64,000 nt of DNA from Sphyrna mokarran (Eukaryota). The stretch covers positions 5,208,001-5,272,000 of the forward strand of contig JAGIQG010000040.1 of assembly GCA_024679065.1 (NCBI GenBank), in the 5' to 3' direction. The translations under genes were made by a program, and so were the position numbers. Of this stretch, positions 62,950-64,000 are shown one piece after another (positions within the stretch are counted from its first letter, which is position 1; every line of letters starts with the position of its first letter). The notes beneath the pieces were generated by a model. The model worked only from the letters and a program-made list of their open reading frames with translations. It searched no databases and was not told where the DNA came from.

Positions 62950-64000
62950 TACTATCAGTAAGGAACAAGGAGGATACATAGTAACTCATTTCGAGTTCGA
63001 CAGAAAATACAAGTTATCCTCGATGCGTTGATTCCTCCAAACTAATATAAAGTGTAACCCAGATCAGAAACTGGCTTCACTTACTCAGAAACTGAGGTCG
63101 CTTTCAGGAATACATCTGGCTGTTCTGTCAGTACCATTCGAAGTGGCGCACCAGTAAATGAGAGTCAGAGAATTATTTAGTCTGATTGTCTCTCTTTCTC
63201 TTTCTGACATCTTCAGGGTTCCTCTTTCTTCTGGCCTCTGCCTTTATCGTCCTGCCCTTCTTTTCGAACTGCCATGAAAGTGCAGAGTTTAGAAAATCTA
63301 ACTTGTCTGAGAATTTCATTTCAAAAATCCCCATAAAAATACTCTGTTAATAGTAACAAAAATATTTCCGCATTTCACAGGTAAGTTTGAAAATGAAAAG
63401 GTGAGAACAAAATGCTTAGTTTAGGGAAAAATGGGACAAAATATTTTCCCGCTGCATGCAGCACAGTAACAGTTTAACAGTTGCACTCTGCAAAGTTTCA
63501 TTCATTCTTTATGGCGTGCACATTGGATAAACAGAATTAACTGTCAAGAATTAATGCAAGGATAGCATTTATTCCTTCTTTATAGTTATCTGAAATTAAG
63601 CGTGAGTTATTCGGCATAATAATAATCAGTTGACATAATAATTCATCAATGTGAGAAAAATGTAATTCCTTGTTCGCGGTGGCAAAATGTTTTTACCAAA
63701 ATCATTTATTTTGCACGGATCAACGCAAACAGAGATTGGTTTCAATAGAAATAATTGGAAAATATTAATCTGTCAGGTTTTTTTGCCCACTAATTATATG
63801 TCGTCCAGGTGTCATGATCAATTTAATTTCCAAAGAGTTTGATACGTCAAAATGCAGCGACGTTCATCTACTACAAGTTTGAAAGGAGTTAACATCTGAA
63901 AAATACACTAAGTGGTACACATTTATCTCAAACTGCAAACTCCAGACAATGTCTCCCATGGGTAATGGGGATCAAAGTTCGCAGAGGGTGGGAGGCAAAT

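Noticed and set aside
1-64000. D, J or C segments; NAR-TCR V; IgH-like (TAILV) V
   Set aside because: I found no FGxG J with an upstream 12-RSS, no C1-set exon, no leaderless V with a CDR1 Cys and no clearly VH-like framework. Absence is judged by eye only.

Overview
Vertebrate genomic DNA, almost certainly from a shark, inferred from CR1 LINEs, HE1-type tRNA-derived SINEs, Penelope remnants and the V-gene styles. The window is part of the V-segment array of the T-cell receptor alpha/delta (TRA/TRD) locus. I find 12 V segments with open V exons, each followed by a 22-24 bp-spacer RSS. There are also 9 clear V pseudogenes and 2 weak relics, with the clear segments split 10 on + and 11 on -. 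I saw no D, J or C segments. Other content: an intact two-exon GPR139/142-like class A GPCR gene, a tRNA-Lys(CTT) gene, two decayed tRNA-like sequences, two segmental duplications and many retroelements. The most notable observations are: (1) a 56-bp minisatellite whose units resemble 12-RSSs, lying among 23-RSS V genes; (2) CTCF-like sites that travel with each V module and follow its orientation, including one group with a 24-bp spacer RSS directly linked to a CTCF site; (3) a V gene whose leader and V are one exon, apparently by recruiting the old intron's polypyrimidine tract as a signal peptide; (4) the GPCR embedded in a rearranging locus. All coordinates were read by hand and no database searches were run.
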